This document shows, piece after piece, positions 13,001-27,200 of a stretch of 64,000 bases of DNA. Under the pieces are notes generated by a model. It was not told the origin of the DNA and did no database searches. It saw only the letters and a list, made by a program, of their open reading frames with translations. The DNA comes from Octopus vulgaris (lineage: Eukaryota). The stretch lies in assembly GCA_951406725.2 (NCBI GenBank), contig OX597829.1, positions 20,088,001 through 20,152,000 on the forward strand. Reading direction: 5' to 3'. Each line of letters begins with the position of its first letter. Within the stretch, counting starts at the first letter, position 1. A program made the position numbers and the translations under genes.

Positions 13001-16000
13001 TTTTCTTTTTTCCAGGTGTCTGATGGTGCCCTTCGATGTTTTGCATCCCTTGCAGATAGATTCACACGAAGAGGGGTTGATCCTGCTCCTCTAGCTCAAC
13101 ATGGATTAGTTGATGAGCTTTTAAATCGTCTGCAGGCTGCTGGTGAAGCTGTTCATGGAACATCAGCTGTTGGCCCTAGCACATCTGCTGGAGCAACTGC
13201 TCTTGTACCTGTTGATTCTAAATCCAGTGCAAGTGTTTCCACTGTCATTAGTTTATTGTCAACACTATGTCGAGGGAGTCCTTGTATTACCCATGATTTG
13301 TTAAGGTCTCATCTTTTAGAGGCAATTGAAAGTGGTCTTAAAGGCGATGAAAGGTTAGTTATGTTTTATTTTCTACATTTGAAGCGACCTTTTTTTAAAA
13401 TAAAATTTCAATAAGATTCACTTTATACAAAATAATAGATTTTTAGAAAAGTTTTCAAAATTTTTGATAATGCAGAGAAAGAATGCTTGACCTTTTTAGC
13501 ATTCAAATTATTAGGTCAATGGTTATGCTTTTCATTTGCATTGTTTTTAATTAAACCTTATTAGTGAACTTGGAAATCTGAAAGTAGCTTGCCATCTCTC
13601 TCATCTGTACAGATAAATAGATGTGCGTGTTTGTCTCCTTGTGTTGAGATTGAATGCTGGATATAAACAACTGTCACTGTCATACAAGTAGTGTTGTGAA
13701 ATCCTGCCCTGCCATTGTGTTGTTATTGTTTGACAGACAAGAGGAAATATTGCCTCACTCAGAAGCAGGTGAAGGTTAGCAACAGAAATAGAATACTGTT
13801 CTATATTTTTGAGATGAGGAATTCTGTACGTTATTTACATTGGACAAATATGTGTCCTCATCTTGTTTGTTGTTGCCACAACATTTCAGATGATTTACTC
13901 TCCAGCCTTCATCAGGTGTTCTGCTGGAATTTTGATCCCAACCCTGGGTTCTCATTTCTAAGGTAATAATAATTACATCAGCAAAAAAAATACCTTAGGA
14001 ATGAGAACCCAAAGTTGGGTTCAAAATTCTACCAGGACACCTGATGAACGCTGGAGAGTAAATCAGCCAAAATGTTGTGGTAACAACAAACAAGATGAGG
14101 ACACATGTCCGTCCAATGTAAATAATGTACAGAAATAGAATATTTGCCTCAATGAATTTCATCTGATCCATGCAGGCATGGAGTAGTGGATGTTAAACAA
14201 AAACTATTTTTATTTATGACAAATGCCCGATTTATTTTAAATATTGGGAGTAACAAATTGGCAGTCATTAAAACGGCAAACAAAATGCCTTGCAGGTGTC
14301 TGATGGTGCCCTTCGATGTTTTAACATCAGCTGAGAAGACAGCTAATTACTTAACTACTGAAATACTCAGTTTGTACTGGGATCAAGTTTGCACTTTGTC
14401 TTTCTGGAATCAATAAAGACCCAGTCTAGGGTAGTTGCTTAGCAGAATCATCAGTGTCACCTTTAGATTATTTTTCATTAAAGAATCAAATCCTTGTATA
14501 GTCCATTTTATTACAAGCATTTAAGCTGGATCTCGTGTTTAAGGAGATTCTACTAGATTTGGAGGCTCTGTAAACAGTCTACTACTTTTCTCGCTTGACT
14601 AAAAGATTAAAGATTTTCTTTGGTATTTTACTAAATATCTCCTGTCATTTGGAATTTTAAAATCTAATGTACATCCTCCAAACTAATTAAGATTTCTAAT
14701 TAGTAGTCTTCTCAGCTGATTTATTCTTTCACTTTATATTCCTCTTCTAATGGATCTTTCTGTGATTATTTCTAGTCACTATAGTTCTTTCATATTGTTG
14801 ATCATATCTGTCCAAAAGGTATATTTAATTTTAAATTACCGTCCCAATATGTCTGAAATCTTACGTTTGTTCATCTGTCTGTCTGTCTGTCTGTGCCAGT
14901 GGCATGTTAAAAACACCACTATGATCTGAGTAGTTGGCGTTAGGAAAAGCATCTAGCTGTATAAACTTTGCCAGTCCTCAATCAAACCATCCAAACCCGT
15001 GCCAGCATGGAAAGCGGACTTTAAACAATGATGGTGATGATGATGCTGGTGTGGTGAATATATTGTCATCTAAATTAAGCAAAAATGAAAATAACACTGA
15101 CATCTCATTTTAACAAATATATTTACCAAAATTACATAAAAATATCTTGAAATACTGAAGAGTAAATTTATTCAATAAAATCGCCATTGACTTTGACCAT
15201 GGCCTCCAGACGACTTTAGAATCTCCTGCAACTCTTCTGGACAGTCTCCTTGTTTAAGTTAGTGAATGCTGCCATCAGTTCATCTTTGGTGTTACAAGGA
15301 GTTTTGTTGGTCTCTTGCTCACATAATGATCAAGGGGGTTGCAGTTTGGGGAGTTAGGTGGTCAGATGTTAGGGGTGATGTGGTTGCAGTGATTATCTGA
15401 CTGGTTTCTCCTGCTTGTGTGGCATGATGCAGAGTCCTGTTACCAGACATAGGGTCTTTCAGCAGCCACCCACTTGACTCAGAATAGCATTACCTCCATC
15501 AGGCACTTGATGAAGGCCTCCATTTTGAGTCTGAAACCGTATAATGTCGCTATCACTAGTGATCACTCCAAACACTATGATGTCGACTGGATGTTTGATA
15601 TTTATCACTCTTAGTACATGTTTTGGAGACATGGCAAGCCAGCGGTTGTTCTGTGTGTTCACCATCTGTCCATATTGGAGCTTCTGGCACAAGCAGCCTG
15701 TCATTTCTAAATTTGTTGCAGATTAAATTGTGTCATAGTTCTGTTTTTCTCACAGACGGTGCCCAGCTGACCCTACTGTACTGTGTAGTTGACAAAATCA
15801 AAAACAAACAATGCTCATGCGCAAAAGGAAAAATATAAAATGGCAACAGTTTACCCATCACACACTGTGTGTATGTATACACACACATAATCCTCACTTA
15901 ATCATTTTAGATTATTCTGTCAGACATGATGCTCATTCGCATTATTTTGAATTAATCATACATTATCTTGTAGCTTTGAGATTTCACTGATGTGGTTGTT

Positions 16001-18205
16001 TACTTATAGAATGATATTGTAGGGTAGGTGTGAGAGGCTGAATATGGCTAGTTTGAATGCTAAAGTGTTAACACCTGTTTTCCATGCTGTTGTGGGTTGA
16101 AAGGTGCAGGAGCTAGAAAGCAAATAACTTGCAAGACAAAGGCCCTCTCAACTGGGAGAGGGGTAGTATTAAAGGAGGTTAAAGAGGTTTAAAAGTATGA
16201 TAGAAGGATAGAGATGTCTTGCTGTAGAGATTACATAGTTACCCCAGTTGGGAAAGAGAGAGAGAAAGATATAGAGAGGTGGTGGTTGTGAAGATGTCTT
16301 GGGATATATATATATTATTAATTTTATTATTATTATTTCTTCTTTCAATGCATTGATAAGTGCTGTTGGATTTCAGAGTTCTTGATTAACTCCTTCAGCA
16401 CCTCTGCATTGCTTTAAAAAAAATAAAAACTAACATAAGAATTACCTTAAAACTTATCAAACAACTGAGGTAATATGTCATTGCCTGAAGTTATTATACA
16501 GTGAAATGTTTGAATATTAGCATGTGACTGTATGTAATTTATACTTTTTTTTTCTCCTGTGGTTTTTGAGTATCATTACTTCTGCATTTTCTACAGTGTT
16601 AAATATATACAATCCTTATTTTCAGATGTTGCTTGGATACGATGCGTCTGGTTGATCTCCTCTTAGTATTGTTATTTGAAGGACGGAAAGCACTTCCTAA
16701 AGCTGCAGCTGCTGCTTCATCATCTGGCATTGGTAGCATATCAAGCAGTCGCCTACTCCCTGGATTAAGACGTGTTGATAGCTCAGGGACTGGAGAACCA
16801 CGATCACACAGACAACTCATAGATTGTATCAGAAGTAAAGATACTGATGCTCTTATTGAGGCTGTTGATAATGGTATACTTTTTATATACTTACAATATA
16901 TATATATACATATATATATGTTTCCCACCTTCTTCTAGGCAACGCAACAAACTAAAATATTTTGACATTTTGTTACAGTATTGCTTAATTTTAATCTGAA
17001 TGTGTGTGTGTGTGTGGGGGGGTTAACAGTGCCAAAGCTGTTTTAACAATATTAAAACTAATATAAGTGAATTCATGTGAGCATTATTATACTGAACTAG
17101 TTGTTTTCAATATATTCCAGTTGTGCTCCGTATTAAATATTTCTAATATTGATGAAATATAGTATCAGCAAGATAACTTTAATTCCATTAATTATACTCA
17201 CTCCTGACAAAAAAGTTTGTACCTAGAAAGAAAAGTAATCTTTTGAAAAAGTTTACTTTTAAGTGGGACATTTCACCAGTTTGAGAAAGTCTACTTACTA
17301 TTTCCTTTTCTTTCAAACTAGCTGGTTATGACCAAAGAGAGAAAAAAGCAGAAAACAAAATCAGTTCAAGACCTGATATGCTGGTATTTGGATTTTGTAA
17401 AGAAACTTTAGTATAGATGATTTAATTTGATTTTTGTATTTATGACCTCGGGATTTGGACTGATGATTGTCTCTAATTTGAAATTTTCATGAAGTTCATG
17501 TTTATTTATATTGCTGGAGAAGACTAATTTTGCTGCTTAGAACATGTAAATTCAACACTACAAACTTTCAGAACATTTACTGCTTTTACTATTATTCCTA
17601 AAAGAACTGAGCCATGAGGGGGTTATATGTCTGCTATGGATTCATACTTTTATGTCTTATAGTTCTCTGTCTCTTTTTGCATTACGTAACACTTTCTTCA
17701 CCAAAACTTTAACGTTTACATTTCAAAAAACAAAACTTTTGAAAATAATTAAGAATTTAAAAGGTTTTATCAAAATTTTGTTACAATGTAAAGTGATATG
17801 TGTATGTGCAAATGTATGTGTGTATATATGTGTCTGTGTATATATATATATATGACAGTACCACCTGATTGGCACCCATGCCAGTGGAATGTTAAAAACA
17901 CCATTCGAGGATGATCGTTACCAGGGCCATTGACTGGCTCCTGTGCCTGTGGCATGTAAAAAGCACCATTTGAGTGTGGTTGATGCCTGTACCACCTGAC
18001 TGGCCCACGTGCTGGTGGCACATAAAAACACTCACTACACGCTTGGAGCGATTGGCATTAGGAAGGGCATCCAGCTGTAGAAACTTTGCCAGATCAGATT
18101 GTAGCCTGGTGCAGCCTTCTGGCTTGCCAGCCTTCAGTCAAACTATCCAACCCATGCCAGCATGGAAAGCGGACATCAAATAACAGTGATAACGATGTAT
18201 ATGTA

Positions 18206-18248
<43 letters not shown>

Positions 18249-21200
18249 ATATATACACACACACACAACTTGCATTCATAGAATTTGCTGTAAAATAGTC
18301 AAGGCATGGAAATTACTTTGGCTTGAAATCATTCTGATATTTATCTGATAAAATTAGAACATTTCCATCTTGTAGATGGTAAATAAAATAGCTTTGTCAT
18401 ATAATACGACACTCTATCTCGTAAGTGTGAGCCAATGGAAAAGGCACTATTTGGTCACTTGATCTGTCTAGCATTGGAATTGGCTGTGCTGTTAGTGCAT
18501 AGGGTAAGATAAGATTCCTTGTGGTATGTGTTGCAGTAGTGTGTGATCCATGTTCAAATCCTATTGACATCAATTTTTCTGTTCGTCATAAGTACAAACC
18601 TAAGACAGTAGATTGAAGGCATTGGTTTGAGTTTCATCAGAGATGCTTTGCATCTCAATTTCTTATTGTCCACTTTACGATTACAACTTGATCTGATCCT
18701 CAAGTGCCTTTCACAGAGTTCAGTCCTGCAAACATGCAGGCTAACACTTTAGTTGAAGGATAAGTTCTTCATAGACTTGTATGAACTAACTCAAGAATGT
18801 CAAAAGTTTGGTTTTGTGCACCTAATTGAAGCGAGTATAGGGTAAAACCCTCTCAGTTAAAGTGCGAATGTGGACAAAACATGGTTTTTTTTTGTTTGTT
18901 TTTTCCTGCAGTCATTAGACTGGAGCACCGCCTTGAAGTTTTAGTTGAATGTATTTGACCAGGGAGCTTTTTCGCTTTTTACTTGCTACTGGGGCACCAC
19001 CTTGAATTAAAAATTTTTTTTTTAAAGTCTGGTACACTTACTATATCGGCCTGGTACTTTTTATTCTTTAGAATATTTTTGTAGCAAAAATATTCAAGGG
19101 TTTTAAGTGGACAAACTTAAAAACATCAGGAATATTAGTGTGGATACAGGAATGGTTTGTTTGAAATTTTAGAAAATATTTTTCAGCTTCATGTGAATCC
19201 TCACAAAAGTTTGGTGTCAGTGCGTTCAACTAAAACTTCAAGGCAGTGCTCCAGCTTGGCCACAGTCTAATAACTGAAACATAAAAAACTAAAAAAACAA
19301 AACAAAAGTAACTGAAAAATATAACCGGTGGGGAGGGGGTTGTCTGCTTTCATAGTTTAACTAAAAGGGGGTTTTGTCCAGATCTCGATTGAAGCATACA
19401 AGATGGTTCAGGTATTATTCCTAAATACCCTATTCATAGTATAGACCCAAAATAATTAGAGAAATTAATATACAACTTTAACAAAAAAGGATAGAGTATG
19501 AGATATTGTGAGAAAGACCCATCTAGATGGGATGTATGTGCACACAAATACATATACACTTTCTTATTAAGAGTACTTAGAACAAAGAATTGTTCAAATG
19601 ATATACATAGCCAAGTTCTTCAGAACCAATACATATTGGAAAGCTTTTTTTTAAAATTTATTGTTCATATCACCACAGGCTAATGCTAAAAATGTGTATG
19701 GATTTTTAAGAATTGAAAAAAAGCCTACATGAACTCAGTATGTATAGAGAAAGTGAAGGGAAAACAAGTCACATCTTTTGGTATATGGATTCTTTTCCAT
19801 CTGTTAAGATAAAATCTTCATTTATGTTGCACTAATTTAACAAATCAGGACCAATAGTAATAATGACTTTGGAACTGCAACTTTGAACATATGCTAGTGT
19901 TATATACTTTACAGAATGTATAGGTTTCATTGGTCCTGGACACAAATATAATCTCACTCTGTAAACCATGGGTCTTGGGTAACCTTTTAAACCTTTTTAT
20001 TTCTATTTTGAGTGTTTTCCCTTTACTGATTTTGAAAATGGAAGAGGGTTTTATAATTTCAATTTATTTGTATTAATAGGTCACTTCAACCTATTTATGT
20101 TTACTATTCTTATTAATCATTTTAACAAAAATTATTTGCACAATTTTTCTACATTGAAAGTTTGTAATTCGCTCTTTCAATTTTGCGTTTTTAATCACCA
20201 AAGTAGCAAAGGTCTCTGTAATTCAGGGTCTGGTTTGGGTGATTAAATGAATAATGAATTGGGTTCCATTTCTTGCTGTTGCCACTTGTTTTGGTGTTTT
20301 AAGTGTCTTCTTTACCATGCCTGCGTGGGTCAGGTGATATTTGTTGAGGCAAATTTTATATGGCTGGATGCCCTTGCTATAAGCCAGCTCTTTTCCTTTT
20401 TTCCAATTAAGGTAGTGTTTCACTAAGGCCAGACATGTTTTCATGGAAGATTGGAAACAAAGGACACTGCTTGAATGATGGTAACACTCACTTAACAACT
20501 ATTTGTGTGATGTCAAGATAAGGAGTACCAAACATCTATGATGTTCTTCGTTCAGTTTTCATCTACTAAATCTACTCACTATGTTTTAGTGAGTTTTCAG
20601 AATATAGTAAACCATTTTCCCAAGGTCCTATGCAAGTGGGTGCCATATACTTGAGAGGCAAACTTCTGGATCGCAACTATACCTGTGCCTCCATGCATCT
20701 GGTAGCGGCAATCATTTATATGCAAATAAATCCATGATGATGATGATGATACATTTTGCATGTTGTCAAATAATTTATGTATTTTAATGCGCTTCACCTA
20801 TTTTATTTAAAACCACAAAATCAAATTTAATTCAAATTTTTTAAATTTAGGTCATGGCGCTCCAAATTACATTTATTTGTAATATATGATGATAGAAAAT
20901 TTTCAATAATGAATTTTACAATTGATATAGACAGTGTGTTTTTGTAACATTTTTCAATACCTAGGGCTGAAATATTGAATACAGTCCCATTCGCCACTTT
21001 TGACTTTGTGTAAGTTGTAATTTTTGGAATCAAAATTAAGGCTGTATTTATACAACACACACATATCCATACCTTTTACTTGTTTCAGCCCAAGGCTGAG
21101 GTTATGCTGGTGCACCACCTATATGTATATATAAATTGAGACCATTTAGCTGAAGTGAAATGCCGAAACAGTGGAGCATCTCCACTTCGTCTTTTCCTCT

Positions 21201-24200
21201 TCCCCTTCCCTATATGTTAGTTTTTGACTGGCTGGGGCACTGCCTTGAAGAATTTTTAATGAACCTCCTTTTTTTTTTTTTTTCTTTTTAAAACTTGGTA
21301 CTTATTCTATCAGTCACTTCTGCCAAAAGAGTTACAGTGTATCACGCATAGGGACTAACACAGTCATACATTGGTATACACACACTTCTTTCAATTTCTG
21401 TCTGCCAAATCCACTCATAATGCTTTGGTCAACCTAAGGCTATGGTAGAAGACTCTTGCCCAGGACCATTTAGTTAGGAAGCAAACTTGTTACCATGCTG
21501 TCACACCTCTTATAGGTACAGACAAAACAATAGGGAAATACTATTTGTTTCTGGAATCATTGGCTAATGATTCTATGCTTCAATTCTGGTTTCTTTCTGA
21601 TTTCATGAAATGTTCTTATTGTTTTACAAGACTTGCTATCTAGGAATTCTCATTTCTGTAGCTCTTTTCTAGTCAGCTTAACTGAATGTTTGATTGTAGG
21701 TTGTTTTGTACTTTCTTTAACTTTTTTAAGAAAAAGATTTATATTAAATGCATAATTTTTTTAAATAATATTTTTTAAAAAACGTTTTTTCTTCCATTAT
21801 TTTATTGTCTGACATATTGTACCACATTGTTCTAATGCATTCTATATTTGAGTCTTGTTCTTTCTCATGCTCAAGCATATTGTACTTAAGTTGTTAAAAT
21901 TTTTTTCATCACCTTCGCTTTAAAATCATTCAGTAGGCTCTCATTTGATTTCATTTCATTGTTTTTATATCCACTCATCCATGAAGGTAATGAGTTGGAT
22001 TGGACAGAACAAGGCAGTGCTGCAGCTTATATAACATTTCTTTTAGCATTGAGAGATACAGTGCATTATTATATAATTTAATCCATCTGTAGACTTTTTA
22101 AAATGAATGAATATAACTGATAATACCTACACAGCAGTTGTTTAAGAAATATTCTATAAAATAAACCAGAATGTACATAAAATAAAAGAAGCAATTGATT
22201 GTTAAAATGTTCTTGGGTGTTAATGTAAATTGGCCTGGATTAAGAATTTCAAATAGCTCTAATAGGGAATTAAAATGTATGCAGGAATAGCAATTTTCAC
22301 TTCAAAATTCAATCTTGGGCAAGATTTTCTAGTCTATCCTCAGGTTGAACCAAATCTTGTGGGTGGATTTTACAGGCAGAAACTGAAAGAATGTCATTGT
22401 GTATTTGTGATCTTTTGATAATTGCATGTTAATTTCATTGGTTGACAGTATTGTATGTTTAAACTGATTTATATTTATATGTATTTTATCTATTCTAGGT
22501 TTTGATGTGAATTTCATGGATGATGTGGGTCAAACATTGTTGAATTGGGCTTCTGCTTTTGGCAGTCAAGATATGGTATGTACTTTTTTTTTGTCCTACA
22601 AAAATGTATTAGTATTGTGATTAAGTCATTCATTTCTTGGTAACTACAAATGATGGTTCATGTAAGATCATCATATTTCCTTTACAATTACATTTACTAT
22701 GTGTTAGTTGATAGTTATTTAATATTGAAAACCTGCAGTGCAACTGAACTAATATTTTTTGTAGTGTTAAGTGTTAATATTCTTTCTTGTTCTGTCTGTG
22801 TGTGTATATACACACACACATACACACATTGTGTATTTTAATGTCTTTCTCAAAACTATCTTAATCTTTATTTCATGATTGCAATGACTTGGATCCAATT
22901 TAAAAAGTTTCCAACTGTTATATCATTATCTTTAATCCCTACGTCACCATTTGATTAAGAACATGAAGTCCTTAGGTCATTAAACAAGAAACCTATTATT
23001 CTTGGTTTTGTAATTTTAGTGGTTAGTTTTCAAATTAAGATCCTTCTGAAGGTTACTAACAGTTGTAATTGGCATTCTAATATATCGGCTCTTTAATAAT
23101 AGGTTAGAATATTGTGTATGGAGTTACCAAGAGTTCCCCGATAAAATGAATTTTTCTTGTTTGCTAGGTTGAATTTCTTTGTGAACGTGGTGCTGATGTA
23201 AACAGAGGCCTTCGATCATCCTCATTGCACTATGCAGCATGTTTTGGTAGACCTCAAATAGTAAAGGTTATTATCTTATTTTATTGTTTATTAGTTTACT
23301 TGAAATTATTTAGGTTATGTGATGTTTAATGTTTTTGTTTGATTTACATAAAATCTTCAATAAATCTAATTTAAAACATTAAGTTTCAAATGCATGATTA
23401 CAGAAATGGTTGTTTCCGATTTGTTATTTAGACTTTACTAAGATATGGTGCTAATCCAGATCTTAGAGATGAAGATGGAAAAACTCCATTAGACAAAGCA
23501 AGAGAAAGAAATGACGAAGGCCATCGAGAAGTCATCCAAATATTACAATCACCAGGTAAATTCAATTTGTAATGTATTTTGACTTAGCTGAGAAAAGGGG
23601 CTCTTGTGCTGAATGGGGAGGGACATGAAGTTTATTAGTATGGGGAAATGAAAGATTATAAAAAAAAAAAAAGTGTTTAACTTGTTCTTTATTTTAAACT
23701 TACAGCTTTGAAGTAATTCAGCTAAATATATTTTGGGGGTTAACTGCCTCCTCCCACCCACTCCATTGAGACCTCTTGGACTGGAAGCATTGAATGTTTG
23801 CCACAGGTTGGTTTGGGTAACATTTAATTTAAATTGTCAAAGATTAAAATTGAAAACATGAGTATACATATGTATTGCCTGTGTGGTAGTAAGCGTGAGA
23901 AAGATGCAGTCTTAGAAAAGTGTAGGGAAAATGTTCTGCATGGAGGTCTTAAAGCATGCATTTTCTGGTTGATGATAAACTAGCCAGTAGGTTGTATGTG
24001 TTTGTTATAAACCTTGTGCACGTTCAAAGGAGCATACATCCTTATGAACAAAATAAACTTAACTGGGGTAGGTCTTTGCTGCAGTTGGTCTGATGTTTGT
24101 GAATCTGATTTATTCTCAGATTAATTTGAGTTTTCAAAGTCTTAGTTCATTGGGTTGTTTGTGGCTATTGAACATTTCATTGAATTTTTTTCGTTTTCAA

Positions 24201-27200
24201 TTTCACGTGTCTTTTTTTTTTTTTTTTTTTTTCCTAGAAACTCTTCAGTTTCTATATATATAAAAAAAAAAGCAAGTTTTCTAATAAAAGCAGTTCTAAA
24301 TAAAAGATTTTTTTTTTGTTACCTTTTTTTATGGTTTTTAGTAATTTTTTCTTGTTCCTGTATAATGTTGTTACTGATATGATTTTTTTTTTAATGAGAT
24401 GAAAATTTATGCAACAGATTTGAACATTTCATCTTCAGGCCAGAATTCTGCAACTTTATCTGTAGTAGCTGTGACACTTAAGTTTATTGTGGGTTTTTTT
24501 TAATCTCTTTTCTTCCATTTCCTAAAATTGGTTGCCAAACTTTTGCTTACCTTTCTTTTCTAGGTGAATGGATGGTGCCAGTTCAAAGAGAAAATTCACA
24601 AATAGAAACAGACAGAGAAAAAGATTTGGTTGAAGAAGACAAAACAGAATGTACAGAACCAAAAGGTGATCCAGAAGTTGCCCCATTATATATTAAAGGG
24701 CTCCTGCCTGTCTTTGCACAAGTATTTCATGGATCCATGTTGATATCAGTCAGGTAATTGAATACTTTGTAGTGACTTTTTTTTTTCTTATATGAAGGAA
24801 TACAATAAATTTCTGAATTTAACTTATTTTCAAAATATTCTCGTGTTTCTTTTTCCCCCTCTTAAGGAAAGCCAGCTTGTCACTCATCAGAAAAATGGTC
24901 CATTATATTAGTGGGCCACTTTTAGCTGAAATGAGTTGCTCAGAATTTAGCAGCCCGAATTTTGGATCATCTCTTACAGAAGTCATTGCTACAGTTCTTG
25001 ACAATGAAGTAAGTTCATGTTAAGTTTAACTCTTTAATTACTACATTTAACTAGAATACACCTATGCGTTTCATTACTATTCCAAATTAACTATAAATTT
25101 AAATGCTCCATGAACTGTTATAACTTTCAATTAATGTATTAGTGTTTAGACTGTGAAAGGTCTTGTGTAAATCTGCAATGGAATTTTTGTCTCAAACTTA
25201 TTCTAATTTGATGTAAAATTATATCTATGACATGAAAAAAAAAAGCCCAAATTTTGTTCAGTTGTATAGGAGCCCATATCCTCTTTTTTCCTTTGTTTGC
25301 ATTCTGTGTGACAAATGGCCTCTTTCATATGGGAAATTTCAATTGGAAGAAGCTTGAGTAAATAATCACTGTAGTTTTTCTAAAATATGTGATAGAGAAA
25401 TATTTTAAGTTTTCACTGCAATCTTTTTTGGGAATTAATTCATTCTCTATATAAGTTTTTTTCACTATCAGAAATTGAAGCATCTGGTTCTATGCCCATT
25501 ACATTAATGCCTATTGCATTTCCTGATCTGTAGTAGTTGCTTATTTCAAATTTATAAAATTACTATTACTAAACCTGAGACATATAAAAAAAGGTTATAG
25601 TGTTTGAAAACAGTAAAAATAAAATAAAATATAAGAAAAAAAGGAAAAATGGTTGTGGAAGACAATAACCTGATTTTCACCTTTATTATCAGTATACAGT
25701 GTTTACCTGTTGAAATTATATCACTTATGTAGTAGCTCAATTTCCTGCCTCTTCAGTAATATCCAAGATTGTTTCAGTAACAAGAGCTACAATAAATATT
25801 TTTATGGAATGGATCGTTTATTTACTCTTGTAGGAAGATGATAACGGCCATCTAATAGCATTGCAAGTGGTGCAAGACTTGATGAAGAAAGGGCAAGAAA
25901 TTTATTTGGAACACTTTGCTCGCCTTGGCTTATTTAGTCGTGTACTAACCTTGGTTGGACCATTTGAAGAAGAGAAAGACAAGGAGAAGGTTTGTATTTG
26001 AAAATAATTTTTGCACAAGCCTCAAATAGTTAAAATGTTATTCTGTACCTAGTACTAAGTTCAAATTTTAAAGAGATGAGCTGGACCTTTTCATTTATTA
26101 CTGGTTGGTGAAATAAATGTTATGAATATACTTGGTTGATTCTAGAGAAAATAAATTTCATCTCACAAAGATAGAAGACATTAATTTTTAATATTTTATT
26201 TATTTCAGGAGGAGGAGGAACCAGTTATTGAAGATGCTAAAGAAATTCTACCAGGCAAGCCTTATCACTGGAAAGATTGGAGTATAGTTCGAGGACGTGA
26301 TTGTCTGTATCTTTGGAGTGATGCTGCTGCCTTAGAATTATCTAATGGAAGTAATGGGTGGTTTCGTTTCATATTGGATAGTAAACTTGCTACTATGTAT
26401 TCCAGTGGAAGTCCAGAAGGAGGTTCTGATAGTTCTGGTAAGGTTTTGTTTTATTTTTTTTTCTTTTCTTGTTGCTATTTCATCAGTTTGATTTTTATAT
26501 CATTAGCAAATATGTTTCACTAATCTTTTTAACTTCTACAGAAAACCGAGGCGAATTTGTTGAAAAGTTGCAAAAAGCTCGTAGTCAAATTCGTTCAGGG
26601 ACAATGAGCCAACCAATTGTATCAAAGCCTGACGCTGCCAGCTTGATTGTTGGTAATTGGGTGTTGATGTGCAAGAAAACTGGAGAAATGCAAATTCATA
26701 ACTCCGATGGCCAACAGGTAAATGTTTTTGCTGAAAATCTATTAATTCAAGGTTTAAATTACTTTTTATCTACTTCCCATCTTCAGATTTTTACATAAGT
26801 GGAATGACAGTAGATAGTGCCAGATTAAATAGTTGCCTTTTAGCATATAGTCAATTCTGTGTTCGACTACCACCATACCAGTGAAGACTGGGGTTGATAA
26901 AATCAACTACAATACTTTTAAAGTTCTATTGTGTTTTGCTTGAGAATAAACAGTGAACTTATAATTTTAAGTTAAAGTGGTTTAAATTTCAGCTTAAAAG
27001 TATTTCACCATTTGTATGAGACCCATCAAATTTTATTACTTTTTTTTTCTTTTTTCCCCTTTTAATGAAAGTTTTTTTTCTTTTTCTTCTTCTTTCAAAC
27101 AGCAATCCACATTGTTAGGAGAAGATCTGCCAGGATTTATTTTCGTTTCCAATAGAGGAACCAGACATTCTTTTACTGCTGAAACCACATTAGGCCCAGA

